From an uncultured Methanosarcinales archaeon (GTDB lineage: Archaea; Nanobdellota; Nanobdellia; Woesearchaeales; ARS49): a stretch of DNA of 56,570 bases. Each line of letters starts with the position of its first letter. The first letter of the stretch is position 1. Of the stretch, positions 1-9,312 are shown piece after piece. A model generated the notes under the pieces. It was given only the letters and a program-made list of their open reading frames with translations, ran no database searches and was not told the DNA's origin. A program made the translations under genes and the position numbers. The stretch is from positions 1-56,570 of the forward strand of contig CAZNDX010000005.1 in assembly GCA_964572035.1 (NCBI GenBank), in the 5' to 3' direction.

Positions 1-93
1 AAGAATATCCCTCTTCTTAATGCCAAATTGACGACATCTTCATATTTGCCCATAAAGAAAAGCGATGTTGGAGTGTTTTTAAAGGTTTTGGGA

Positions 94-1284
94 TTACTTC
101 CCCATCCACTCAACTTGCTCTTCATCCAATTCCAATTCCTGAGTTAGCAAATCAGCCGAAGCGTGTTTTTTAGAATACAGTTCTCGTAAGTATGGCAGTG
201 TTGATGTTATCGCTTTTTTAGTTGATGTATGCGTTGCGCTTCCTAATTTTCCTGCTATTGCTTTTCGTTTTGCGTATTTGTTGTTGGCCATCCATATTTT
301 CAAAATCCTTTGCGTTCTCCCGTATTGCACAAATGCGGGACTTTTCTTATCCTTGGCGACGGCGACTCCCGCAGTCATTAAGTCATAAACATAAACAAGA
401 TATCTCCAGTATTGCCATTTTCTGATTCGTCCTTTGAATACGTCCGCTCGTGATAATGAGTTGTAAGCCCGCGCCAAATCCTGAGGATTCGTATACTCTT
501 TAGGTAAGTTTTCATCTATCCATAGCATTGCTTCGTCTGCGTCCTCTCCGACAGATTCCAAAGCTGATTTCGCGACCATTGGGTCTGTGCTTTTGAGTAT
601 TTTTACTAGTGCGTTCATTATTGTGTCGCCTTTCTCTCTGTCAGACAGGGTGTTAACCCCTTCAGCCGTTAACTCTTTTGAGTACGCGAGTGTTTGAAGG
701 TCTGTTATGGCGCCGCGCAAGTCCCCGCCGGAACGGCGAGCGATCGTTTTCAGTACTTCTTCAGTTACTGTTAGTTTTTCTTTGTCAGCAATATTCTTCA
801 GTAGCATAGTTAATTTGGAAACTTCCACCGCTGGAAATTCTACCATTTGACTTTTTGACCTTAAAGAGCTGAATTTTGAGTCGAACGGGTCGTTTGCGCA
901 AAGAATCACCGGAAACGCTGGTTCTTTTACCAAATCAGCTATTGCTCCGACGCCTCCTCTGTCTTGTTGTCCTGATATTCCGTCGAGTTCATCAACGTAG
1001 ATGAGTTTTGCCCCTCCAAACAAACTTTGTTGTTTCAAAGCAACGCCTAATTTTGCCTCTATTTCCCCTGCTGTTCGATAATCTGAAGCGTTAACCTCTA
1101 CGAGTTCTAGGTTCATCTTGCGAGCGAGGGCGTGTACTGCTGCTGTTTTCCCTGTTCCTGTCGGACCGTATAATAGAAGTGCTTTTTTCTTTTGTTTTTT
1201 GAAATTTGAAACAAAATCTACTATTTGTTTTGTTTCATGCGGTATTTGTTCTATTTCTGGTCTGTATTTTAGTGTCCAAATCAT
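94..1284 (-). CDS. rfcL: Replication factor C large subunit (clamp loader)
   Basis: N-terminal WTLKYRP (RFC box II), Walker A GPTGTGKT, Walker B VDELD, GDLRGAI sensor motif and C-terminal Rfc1-like region. TATA box TATTAATA at 1307-1314, 22 nt upstream. Confidence 0.95.
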   Translation of the reverse strand: MIWTLKYRPEIEQIPHETKQIVDFVSNFKKQKKKALLLYGPTGTGKTAAVHALARKMNLELVEVNASDYRTAGEIEAKLGVALKQQSLFGGAKLIYVDELDGISGQQDRGGVGAIADLVKEPAFPVILCANDPFDSKFSSLRSKSQMVEFPAVEVSKLTMLLKNIADKEKLTVTEEVLKTIARRSGGDLRGAITDLQTLAYSKELTAEGVNTLSDREKGDTIMNALVKILKSTDPMVAKSALESVGEDADEAMLWIDENLPKEYTNPQDLARAYNSLSRADVFKGRIRKWQYWRYLVYVYDLMTAGVAVAKDKKSPAFVQYGRTQRILKIWMANNKYAKRKAIAGKLGSATHTSTKKAITSTLPYLRELYSKKHASADLLTQELELDEEQVEWMGK

Positions 1285-1362
1285 CCAGTTCTTCGCAAAA
1301 AGTCCATATTAATAATGGTTTGGCATAATGTTTAAATACGACTAAGGATGTGCGTTGTTGTT

Positions 1363-1752
1363 ATGAAAGCGGTTGATGTTTCATTCAAAAAGATTGACGT
1401 TCTGGACTATTATTCTCAGCTTGACCAGGTTAAAGTTCGTGTCCTAATAAATGATGGTCAGGATAAGCAGCTCATAAAGCAAATTACGATTGCCGATCCT
1501 TCTAAGCACGCGATGGAGTTTTTTAATGAGATTAAGTCTAAAATCAAGGAAGCTCACACAGAGCGTACTTTGGATGACCATCCTTTGGCTGGAGCTCTTA
1601 TAATCAGAGTTCAGCAGGAAGAGGATGTTGTGCTTGAAAAAATGGCTAAATTCTTTGGTATGGTGAGGGAGCGCATCCGTTCAGGCAAACTTTCCAAATT
1701 GTCATATTTTGATTTGGAAAAGAAGATTGTTGGGACGAAAAGTGAGTTTTAG
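1363..1752 (+). CDS. Hypothetical protein (~129 aa)
   Basis: Clean ORF divergent from rfcL. Start moved to ATG 1363 because TTTAAATA (1331-1338) lies 24 nt upstream. No recognisable motif. Confidence 0.7.
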   Translation: MKAVDVSFKKIDVLDYYSQLDQVKVRVLINDGQDKQLIKQITIADPSKHAMEFFNEIKSKIKEAHTERTLDDHPLAGALIIRVQQEEDVVLEKMAKFFGMVRERIRSGKLSKLSYFDLEKKIVGTKSEF

Positions 1753-1756
1753 TTAA

Positions 1757-2359
1757 ATGAACAAGAAAATTCTCTCCTTTGGCGCTCATCCCGACGATGT
1801 TGAGTTTGGTTGCGCTGGAACTCTGCTTATTTTAAAAGAAAAAGGATACGATATTACAATAATCGATTTAACAAAGGGAGAGGCCGCAAAATTTGGGGCT
1901 TCTGAAAGAATAAAAGAATCCAAAAAAGCGTCCAAAATTTTAGGCATTCCTAGAATAACGCTTGACTTTGGTGACAAAAAAGTATCTTTATCTGAGGAAC
2001 ATAAGGCTCAAATTAAAAAAATCATTGAAGAATTTGACCCTTTATTCGCTTTCGCGCCTTATTTTATAGACGAGCATCCCGATCATGTAAATACTGCTAA
2101 ATTAGTGTCAGAATTTGTTTCCACTGTTCATTATTACATTTCAAATATTGAAAATCCCAATTTCGGTGTTGATATATCTGAAACATATCCAAAAAAATTA
2201 AACGCTATCAATTCTTATCAAACTGCAATAAAACCCGGCGATAAAAAATGGTTTGAGAAAAGAAATGAGGAAAGTGGTCAAAAATTGGGAACAAAATATG
2301 GAGAATTGTTTTTTGTGGGAAAAAACTTAATATTGCCCGGAATTTTCAAAAAAATATAA
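1757..2359 (+). CDS. PIG-L/LmbE family N-acetylglucosaminyl deacetylase (BshB/MshB-like)
   Basis: Metal-binding motifs GAHPDDVEFG and HPDH, plus VDISETYPKKLNAI. The substrate cannot be determined from sequence. Confidence 0.85.
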   Translation: MNKKILSFGAHPDDVEFGCAGTLLILKEKGYDITIIDLTKGEAAKFGASERIKESKKASKILGIPRITLDFGDKKVSLSEEHKAQIKKIIEEFDPLFAFAPYFIDEHPDHVNTAKLVSEFVSTVHYYISNIENPNFGVDISETYPKKLNAINSYQTAIKPGDKKWFEKRNEESGQKLGTKYGELFFVGKNLILPGIFKKI

Positions 2360-2361
2360 AA

Positions 2362-4749
2362 TCATAACTCTATCGTTACTTTCAATTCTGGCGCTAATTC
2401 TTCACTCGCAGAACCAAACTCAATTTCTTGCGCTTGTGTTGCCGCTTTCAAGTCAAACAAGTATCCTTTCAAATCAGCAGTTGTCTGAATCACGAGTTTC
2501 TTTACTGGTGCTTTCATTGAGACTTTGGCTTCTGATTTTTTCTTGCGAACCGCACCTAAAACTTTACAAATAATATCTCCCGCTTGGCGTGTTTTCTCGT
2601 CGTATGCTGGTGCTGTTGGCCATGATGCCAAATGCACGCTTTCAGTTTTCTCGCGAGATTTCAAGAATGTGTGATAAACTTCCTCGGTAATAAAACAAGT
2701 AAACGGTGCCATTAGGCGTACAATCGCTGACAAGCATATCGCAAGTGTCGCTTGGGCGCTTTTTTTCTGTTGTTCGTTTTCAGGTGTGTATGTTCTTTGT
2801 TTAATTAGTTCCAAGTAATTATCGCAGTAGTCCTGCCAGAAGAATTCTTCTATTCGTGTTTTTGCTTTGGAATATTCGTATTTGTCAAACGCTTCTGTGG
2901 CGTCTTTAATCGCGAGAGCCAATTTGCTGAGAACCCATTTGTCTGTTTCTTCTGTTATTTTTCCTTTATAGTCATATCCTTGTAATTGCAAATCGACAAA
3001 CTTCGCCGCGTTCCACAATTTGTTGACGAATTTCTCGCCAGTAATCAATTCCTTTTCCTGATAAGCGATGTCCTCGCCCAACTTGCAACCGCTTGCCCAA
3101 TATCTCATAGCGTCCGCGCTGTACTTCGCTAAAACTGTATGCGGGTCTACGACGTTTCCTTTGCTTTTGCTCATTTTTTCGCCTTTCGGATCTGTTACGT
3201 ATCCAGATAAAGCGACATCCTTAAACGGAATCGTGCCAAAGTGCAATTGAGACTTTATCATTGTATTAAACAGCCAGAAACTAATAATTTCGTGAGCCTG
3301 AGGCCGCAAACTCATTGGATACATATTTTTCCGAACATTTTCAGGCAATAATTGTAAAGAGATTTGTGGTGTTAAGCTGCTTGTTGCCCATGTGTCCAAA
3401 ACATCCTTTTCAGGAATAAACTCTTTGTTTTTACATTTTGGACATTCTGAAACGGGAGCTTTATCCTTTAATGGGTCTACTGGTAGTTTTTTCTCGTCAG
3501 CCAAAACAGGATGTTCGCATTTAGAGCAATACCATACAGGGAATGCGACTCCGAAGAATCTTTGTCGTGATATTAGCCAGTCCCATTGCAAACCATTAAC
3601 CCAGTTGTTGTATCGGTGTTTCATGAAGTCCGGGTACCAGTTTAATTCTTCGCCCCAGCGTATCATGTCGTCTTTCAAATCGAGGTATTTGATGAACCAT
3701 TGTTTGCTTTGGACTATCTCGATGTCTGTTCCGCATCTTTCGTGTGTTTTAACAGCGTGAGTAATCGGTTTTTGCGCTCGAAGAAGTCCCGCGTCTTTCA
3801 AGTCAGTTAAAATCTGTTTTCGTGCATCATTTATCTTCAAGCCCTGGTATTTTCCAGAAAGTGATGTCATTACTCCGTGTCTGTCTATTGCTTCTTTTAG
3901 TGGCAGGTTGTACTTACGATACCATTCTATGTCTGTTTGGTCGCCGAATGTGCAGCACATTACGATCCCTGTTCCTTTGGCTGGGTCTACTCGTTCGTCC
4001 GCCATTATGGGGACTTCGACTCCAAACAATGGTGTTTTTCCTTTTTTCCCAAACAGTTTCTTGTATCTGTCGTCGCTTGGGTGGGCGAACATCGCGACGC
4101 AGGCAGGTAATAATTCGGGTCGTGTAGTTGCAATCACTACTTCTTTTCCTTCGCAAGTAAATACTATGTCGTTGAACGTGCTTGCTTTGTCTGCGTCTTG
4201 GCATTCTACTTGTGATACTGCTGTTCCGCAGAGCGGGCACCAAAGTGAGGGGGCTTCTTTTCGGTATGCTCTTCCTTTGTTGTACAAATCGATAAAGCTC
4301 CATTGGCTTATTCTTCTCGAGTGTTCATTTATGGTGGAATAAGAGTGTTTGAAGTCGCAGCTCATTCCGATTCTTTTCCAATCGCCAATAAATCCTGGAA
4401 GCAACTCCTTCAATGTTTCTTCGCAAAGTTTGATGAACGCGCCTCTTTCCATTCGCGCGCCTTTTACGTTTTTCATTTTTTCAACCAGTCTTTCGGTTGG
4501 AAGTCCGTTATCGTCAGTTCCCCAAGGGTAATAAACGTTGAATCCTCTCATTCGTTTGTATCTTGCGATGATGTCTTGTTGTGTGTAAGAAAACGCATGT
4601 CCGATGTGCATTTTTCCGCTTACTGTTGGCGGCGGTGTGTCTATGGAGTATATGTTTCCTTTTTTCGGGTCGAATACATATGTTCCTTTTTCTTCCCAAG
4701 TTTTTACCCAGTGTGGTTCTTGTGTTTTCGCGTCGTATTTGTCCGCCAT
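2362..4749 (-). CDS. valS: Valine--tRNA ligase (archaeal type)
   Basis: DTPPPTVSG, HIGH, DWLISRQR and KMSKS motifs, Zn-knuckles, no bacterial C-terminal coiled coil. Start moved to MADKY (4749), downstream of a TATA-like box at ~4771-4778. Confidence 0.97.
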   Translation of the reverse strand: MADKYDAKTQEPHWVKTWEEKGTYVFDPKKGNIYSIDTPPPTVSGKMHIGHAFSYTQQDIIARYKRMRGFNVYYPWGTDDNGLPTERLVEKMKNVKGARMERGAFIKLCEETLKELLPGFIGDWKRIGMSCDFKHSYSTINEHSRRISQWSFIDLYNKGRAYRKEAPSLWCPLCGTAVSQVECQDADKASTFNDIVFTCEGKEVVIATTRPELLPACVAMFAHPSDDRYKKLFGKKGKTPLFGVEVPIMADERVDPAKGTGIVMCCTFGDQTDIEWYRKYNLPLKEAIDRHGVMTSLSGKYQGLKINDARKQILTDLKDAGLLRAQKPITHAVKTHERCGTDIEIVQSKQWFIKYLDLKDDMIRWGEELNWYPDFMKHRYNNWVNGLQWDWLISRQRFFGVAFPVWYCSKCEHPVLADEKKLPVDPLKDKAPVSECPKCKNKEFIPEKDVLDTWATSSLTPQISLQLLPENVRKNMYPMSLRPQAHEIISFWLFNTMIKSQLHFGTIPFKDVALSGYVTDPKGEKMSKSKGNVVDPHTVLAKYSADAMRYWASGCKLGEDIAYQEKELITGEKFVNKLWNAAKFVDLQLQGYDYKGKITEETDKWVLSKLALAIKDATEAFDKYEYSKAKTRIEEFFWQDYCDNYLELIKQRTYTPENEQQKKSAQATLAICLSAIVRLMAPFTCFITEEVYHTFLKSREKTESVHLASWPTAPAYDEKTRQAGDIICKVLGAVRKKKSEAKVSMKAPVKKLVIQTTADLKGYLFDLKAATQAQEIEFGSASEELAPELKVTIEL

Positions 4750-4768
4750 ATAGAAATCGCCGTTTGGC

Positions 4769-5227
4769 TTATTTAAAAACATTACGAGGCTTTCTTATAG
4801 TTCTTCTCAACAAATCGCCAATATCATACAATCTTTGCACTACCACGTTTTTTCCCGTGATTTCGGATACCATTCTTCCAAGTCCTATTGCTTCTTTGTG
4901 CTTATTCAAGATAACTACAAATTCTCCCATTCCAGGGTTGTTGTGAGAAACTACGCTTGTTCCGAACAAGTCTCTTCCGCAGATTGTCATCCATTCTCCT
5001 TTGTCATCTACAATTACGTGTCGTTTGGCGTTTTTCGCCATTTTTTGCAGGAAGTCTACTGATGGCGCCCAGCTGTCTTTTTTCTGGAAAGCGATCAATT
5101 CTCCGCTGTATATTGGCTGTTTTGATAGCAAAGTGTGCTCTACATTCGTAAACTGTGATCTTCCTATTTGTGTTAATTGAGGAACTTTAATGCTTCCATA
5201 TTGTTTTAGCCATTCTTCGAAATTCAT
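4769..5227 (-). CDS. Nip7-like PUA-domain ribosome biogenesis protein
   Basis: C-terminal PUA-like segment (GRDLFGTSVV...VVILNKHKEAIGLG...DIGDLLRR). ATGA overlap with the upstream NOP2/RsmB gene, a known archaeal gene pairing. Confidence 0.72.
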   Translation of the reverse strand: MNFEEWLKQYGSIKVPQLTQIGRSQFTNVEHTLLSKQPIYSGELIAFQKKDSWAPSVDFLQKMAKNAKRHVIVDDKGEWMTICGRDLFGTSVVSHNNPGMGEFVVILNKHKEAIGLGRMVSEITGKNVVVQRLYDIGDLLRRTIRKPRNVFK

Positions 5228-6117
5228 TGTTTCACCAGTTTTGCGATAAAGAATCCTTCTGTTCCTGTTTTGTGCGGCCATAGTCTTTTGCATAGGGCGA
5301 CGTCTTTGTGTAGTTGTGTTCCGAACACGTTTGTCAACCCATTATCTCCTATGGAAAGATTTACTTTTTCTAGTCTGACTGGCAGTGTGTGTATTGCCCA
5401 GTGCATGTTTATTTCGTTTTCTTCTGGTTCAAGGGAACATGTGCTGTAAATTAGTGTCCCTCCGGGATTCAACAAATCAACCGCTGTTTTTATCAATTTT
5501 TGTTGTATTTGGGCGCTTCTTTCTATTCCTTGTTGTGTTCTTTTGTCAAACCAGTCTGGTTCTGATAAGTAGTTTCCTGCGCATGGCGCGTCAAGTAGTA
5601 TTTTGTCAAATGTTAAACCTAATTTCTTCGCTTTCGTCACGTCTTCGTTGAAGAGTGTGCAGTTTTGCACTCCCATTCTTTCTAAATTAACCGTCAAGCT
5701 TGTCAGTCTGTGCGGCTTCAACTCAAATGATATGATTGTTCCTTTGTTGTCCATGTGCGCCGCCATTTGTGTTGTTTTTCCGCCCGGCGCCGCGCACATG
5801 TCAAGTATTGTTTCTCCCGCTTTTGGATCTAATACTTCAACTGGCAGTTGCGCCGCGGCTTCCTGCAAATAATAATACCCCAATAAATTTTCAGTTATTG
5901 CGCCTAACGAGAATGGCGAGCTCAAGACTCTGTATCCGTTTTTTGTGAATGGAACCCTTTCAAGTTTAACTCCCAATCCTTCAAGGCGCGAAATTATTTT
6001 TTTCGCTGTTGTTTTTAGAGTGTTGACTCTTATTGTTGGGTGAAGAGATATTTGTTTTAAGTCTCCACCTAATTTCTTATACCTATTTAGAAAGTATTCT
6101 TTTCCATCGTTGTCCAT
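5224..6117 (-). CDS. RsmB/NOP2 family RNA (cytosine-C5)-methyltransferase
   Basis: YYLQE, LDMCAAPGGKT, ILLDAPC and YSTCSLEPEENE motifs. Confidence 0.94.
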   Translation of the reverse strand: MDNDGKEYFLNRYKKLGGDLKQISLHPTIRVNTLKTTAKKIISRLEGLGVKLERVPFTKNGYRVLSSPFSLGAITENLLGYYYLQEAAAQLPVEVLDPKAGETILDMCAAPGGKTTQMAAHMDNKGTIISFELKPHRLTSLTVNLERMGVQNCTLFNEDVTKAKKLGLTFDKILLDAPCAGNYLSEPDWFDKRTQQGIERSAQIQQKLIKTAVDLLNPGGTLIYSTCSLEPEENEINMHWAIHTLPVRLEKVNLSIGDNGLTNVFGTQLHKDVALCKRLWPHKTGTEGFFIAKLVKQ

Positions 6118-7504
6118 TTGGTGTGTCTTCCACGGCGATTCCGTGTTTTTTTAGTTCGTCTCGTAATTCGTCCGCGAGTTTGAAGTTTTTGCTCGCTCTT
6201 GCTTCTTCTCTTTGTTTCACCAGTTTTGAGATGTTGGCAGGAAGTTTTTCTTCTTTTGCCAAAACGCCAAGAACAGAATCTATTTTTAGCATAAATTCAT
6301 GGACTTTTTTGGCGTCTTTTTTGGATAATTCTAATTTGTTAATGGAATTCATGAATTCAAACACTGATGCGAGAGCCGCGCTCATTTCCAGGTCGTCGTT
6401 TAGCGCGTTTTCAAATTGTTTTTGCGCTGTTTCTATTGCCTTGTCAACTTCTTTGTTATCTTTGCCTTTCGCCTCATCTAATTTTAGTACAAAATCGTTA
6501 ATTCTTTGAACAGCCACAGTGGCTGCTTCAAGGCTTTCAAATGTGAAGTTTAGTTTTTGTCTGTAGTGCGTTGAGATTAGCAAATATCTTATTGCCAGAG
6601 GGTTGTATCCCTTTTTCAGCAGGTCGCGCAATGTGTAGAAATTTCCTAGCGATTTGCTCATTTTTTTGTTATCAACTAAAAGATGTTCGGCGTGCATCCA
6701 GTATTTTGTGAATGGTATATGCGTGCAGGCTTCCGTCTGGGCGATTTCATCTTGGTGGTGTGGGAATATCAAGTCTACCCCGCCGGTGTGAATGTCTATT
6801 GTTTCAAATTTTTCTGGGTTGTATCCTTTGTCAAACATTTTTGTCAGGAGTTTTGCGCTCATCGCTGAGCATTCTATGTGCCATCCTGGTCTTCCTTTGC
6901 CGAATGGGGCTTCCCAGTATACGTCTCCGTCTTCTTTGTCCCAGAATTTCCATAGCGCGAAGTCTGATGCGTTTTCTTTGTCGTATTCGTCTTTTTTGAC
7001 TCGTCCTGACGCGCCTTCTTTTAGTTCTGCTTTATTGATGCCTGCTAGCTTGCCGTAATCTTTGAATTTTGATATGGAATAATACACGCCGTCGTCTGTT
7101 TTGTACGCGACTCCTGTGTCGAGCAGGTTCTGTATCATTTGTATCATTTCTGGTATGTGTTCTGTTGCTTTTGGATATTCTTTGGCTCGTTTTATTCCAA
7201 GCGTGTCTGTGTCTTCAAAGAAAGCGTCTGCGTATTTTGTTGTGAACGCTTTGAGGCTCATTTTTTCTTTTCGTGAGTCTCGTATTGTTTTATCATCTAC
7301 ATCTGTCAAATTCTTAATCAACGTGACTTTATACTCGTTGTACTCTAGCCATCTGCGTAGTATGTCTTCAAATAAGAACGTGCGTAGGTTTCCAATATGA
7401 ACGTAATTGTACACTGTTGGTCCGCAGGCGTACATTTTGACTTTTGGCGGGTTTTGTGGAACAAACTCTTCTTTCTTTCTTGTGAGTGTGTTGAATACTT
7501 TCAT
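6083..7504 (-). CDS. cysS: Cysteine--tRNA ligase (class I)
   Basis: CGPTVY, HIGN, GRPGWHIECSAM, DIHTGGVDLIFPHH and KMSKS motifs. Start set to MKVFNTL (7504), 22 nt from box CTTATAAA (7527-7534, minus strand). Confidence 0.97.
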   Translation of the reverse strand: MKVFNTLTRKKEEFVPQNPPKVKMYACGPTVYNYVHIGNLRTFLFEDILRRWLEYNEYKVTLIKNLTDVDDKTIRDSRKEKMSLKAFTTKYADAFFEDTDTLGIKRAKEYPKATEHIPEMIQMIQNLLDTGVAYKTDDGVYYSISKFKDYGKLAGINKAELKEGASGRVKKDEYDKENASDFALWKFWDKEDGDVYWEAPFGKGRPGWHIECSAMSAKLLTKMFDKGYNPEKFETIDIHTGGVDLIFPHHQDEIAQTEACTHIPFTKYWMHAEHLLVDNKKMSKSLGNFYTLRDLLKKGYNPLAIRYLLISTHYRQKLNFTFESLEAATVAVQRINDFVLKLDEAKGKDNKEVDKAIETAQKQFENALNDDLEMSAALASVFEFMNSINKLELSKKDAKKVHEFMLKIDSVLGVLAKEEKLPANISKLVKQREEARASKNFKLADELRDELKKHGIAVEDTPNGQRWKRILSK

Positions 7505-7527
7505 AGGCATATCGTCCTATAAGCGGT

Positions 7528-9312
7528 TTATAAGCGTTTCTTCCTGAATGGAAGTTTTGAGAATACGGCGAATTGTTTGGTGAACTGCTGGAATGTGTAG
7601 TGTTTAGTCATGTAATATACTCCGAAGCATATGAATCCCATCGCGATTGCGTAGCCTATTAATATCGCTAAGTCTGGGGCGATTGACAAGAATCCTTGTT
7701 CAAATAGTATTGTTCTTCTGACAAGCGAGCTTGCCAATACGAATGGGTTGAAGCGCGCGATGTATGATATGATTTCCGGCATGCTTTCTATTGGTATTAT
7801 GACGTCTGAAATGAAAAGCATCAGGGCTCCTAGGCTTACGGCTCCGAGTGTTGCTGTTTCTTCTGATGAGAACAAGTATCCTATTGTTTGTCCTATGAAC
7901 GCGAACAAAGCGCTGGCGAATATCAATACAATCATGGCAAGCGGCGCGTGTGATATCAGTCCTGGATAGAATATGCTTGCTATTGCCAAAATTACTATTG
8001 TTTGTAAAACCAGGACAAATACTGATGTGAGCCATGTCGCGATGACGAAGTCTGACTCATTTGTTGGTGTCATATAAGTTCTAAAGAGTGCAGGGCTGTT
8101 TTTGTCCATCATTACGAGAGTTGAAGTCAAAAGCAGCGCTGTGAACATTATGACCAACACAATCAATACAGGGAAAAGATAATTCAAATATGTCTTCTCT
8201 TGCGCTATTGGTTTGATTATTGTTCTGATTGGTTGTGTTATTCCTTCCGCGTCTCTGATGGAAAGCTGGTTTATTTTATGGTCTATTTCGTTTATTGCGC
8301 TTTGGACGCTGGCTATGGAAATTAGGCTTTGGTCTAGTAAGTGAGTTACGGCTTCAAGGATTCTTATGCTTGAGTCCCTGCTCGCGTCTGCTTCTCCAAG
8401 TCTTTCTTTTGTTACCTGCAAATTCAAGCTTAAATTCGCGAGTCTCTGCTCAAATGTATTGAATGAGCTCAGAGTAAGATTTTTGGTCTGTATTAGGTCC
8501 GCTTCTATTGCTTTTATATCGTCCACTGATTTTTTAAAAGCGTTTAAAAGATTTGTTTTCGATTCCGTGCTTACCGCGCTCTGTCTGACAATTGCGTCCG
8601 CCGCGTCTATGAAACTTGTCGCTTTAGATAGTCCTTGTGTTGATTTAGCTAGCGCGTTGTCAACCCATTGTTTTACTTGAGTGTTTGATTTTGCGAGTTC
8701 TTCTATTGGGAAGTCTTGTTCATTGAGGCTTAAATCAATATCTCCGAGGTCCGCTATCAAGTCCAGCGTATTCTGTCTCATCAATTCGTTTTCTGTTGTG
8801 AGTGCAACTAGTCTGTTTCTTTGGTCGTTTATTTTTTGTTGTGTGAAATCTATTGTTGTTAGTAATTCTCGAGTGTAATTTTCGCTTGCGGCGAGTGTTT
8901 GTTCTCCAACTTCTGAGGACATTGCGGATCTTATTGTCCAGACGAGGTTTACTTTTGAGTAATCAACGTAGAAGGTTATGTTGTTGTGGAGAGGGTCTCC
9001 TATGCTAAAATCGGTGGGAAACACCAGACAAGTGTTGATGTCCGCATTTTTGATGTTTTCAACGCATTCTTCTTGCGTGTTGAATTTCAAAACGTTGTAC
9101 TGAGTTGCTAATTGTTTTGTTATTTGTTCCGTTTGCGCGTTTTCAGTTGGGATGTATGTTCCTATTTTGACTGCGTATATGTTGCTGTTGTCAAACGCTA
9201 GTCCTGCCAGAAATATGATGAGCAATGGTCCTAATATTATTACGAGGGCGCTTGTTTTGGCGCGGACGAGGTTTTTGATGTTTTTTTGTATGAGCTGCAA
9301 TATTCTGTTCAT
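7528..9312 (-). CDS. ABC-2 type exporter permease with a long extracytoplasmic helical domain
   Basis: N-terminal TM (GPLLIIFLAG), ~300-aa heptad-rich segment, then a 5-6 TM C-terminal block with ABC-2 motifs (IIPIESMPE, NPFVLAS). Translationally coupled to an ABC ATPase. Confidence 0.85.
   Translation of the reverse strand: MNRILQLIQKNIKNLVRAKTSALVIILGPLLIIFLAGLAFDNSNIYAVKIGTYIPTENAQTEQITKQLATQYNVLKFNTQEECVENIKNADINTCLVFPTDFSIGDPLHNNITFYVDYSKVNLVWTIRSAMSSEVGEQTLAASENYTRELLTTIDFTQQKINDQRNRLVALTTENELMRQNTLDLIADLGDIDLSLNEQDFPIEELAKSNTQVKQWVDNALAKSTQGLSKATSFIDAADAIVRQSAVSTESKTNLLNAFKKSVDDIKAIEADLIQTKNLTLSSFNTFEQRLANLSLNLQVTKERLGEADASRDSSIRILEAVTHLLDQSLISIASVQSAINEIDHKINQLSIRDAEGITQPIRTIIKPIAQEKTYLNYLFPVLIVLVIMFTALLLTSTLVMMDKNSPALFRTYMTPTNESDFVIATWLTSVFVLVLQTIVILAIASIFYPGLISHAPLAMIVLIFASALFAFIGQTIGYLFSSEETATLGAVSLGALMLFISDVIIPIESMPEIISYIARFNPFVLASSLVRRTILFEQGFLSIAPDLAILIGYAIAMGFICFGVYYMTKHYTFQQFTKQFAVFSKLPFRKKRL

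Noticed and set aside
7516-7536. Short direct repeat TATAAGCG x2 upstream of cysS
   Set aside because: Only 8 nt, overlaps the TATA box and stop codon, and is not distinguishable from chance.
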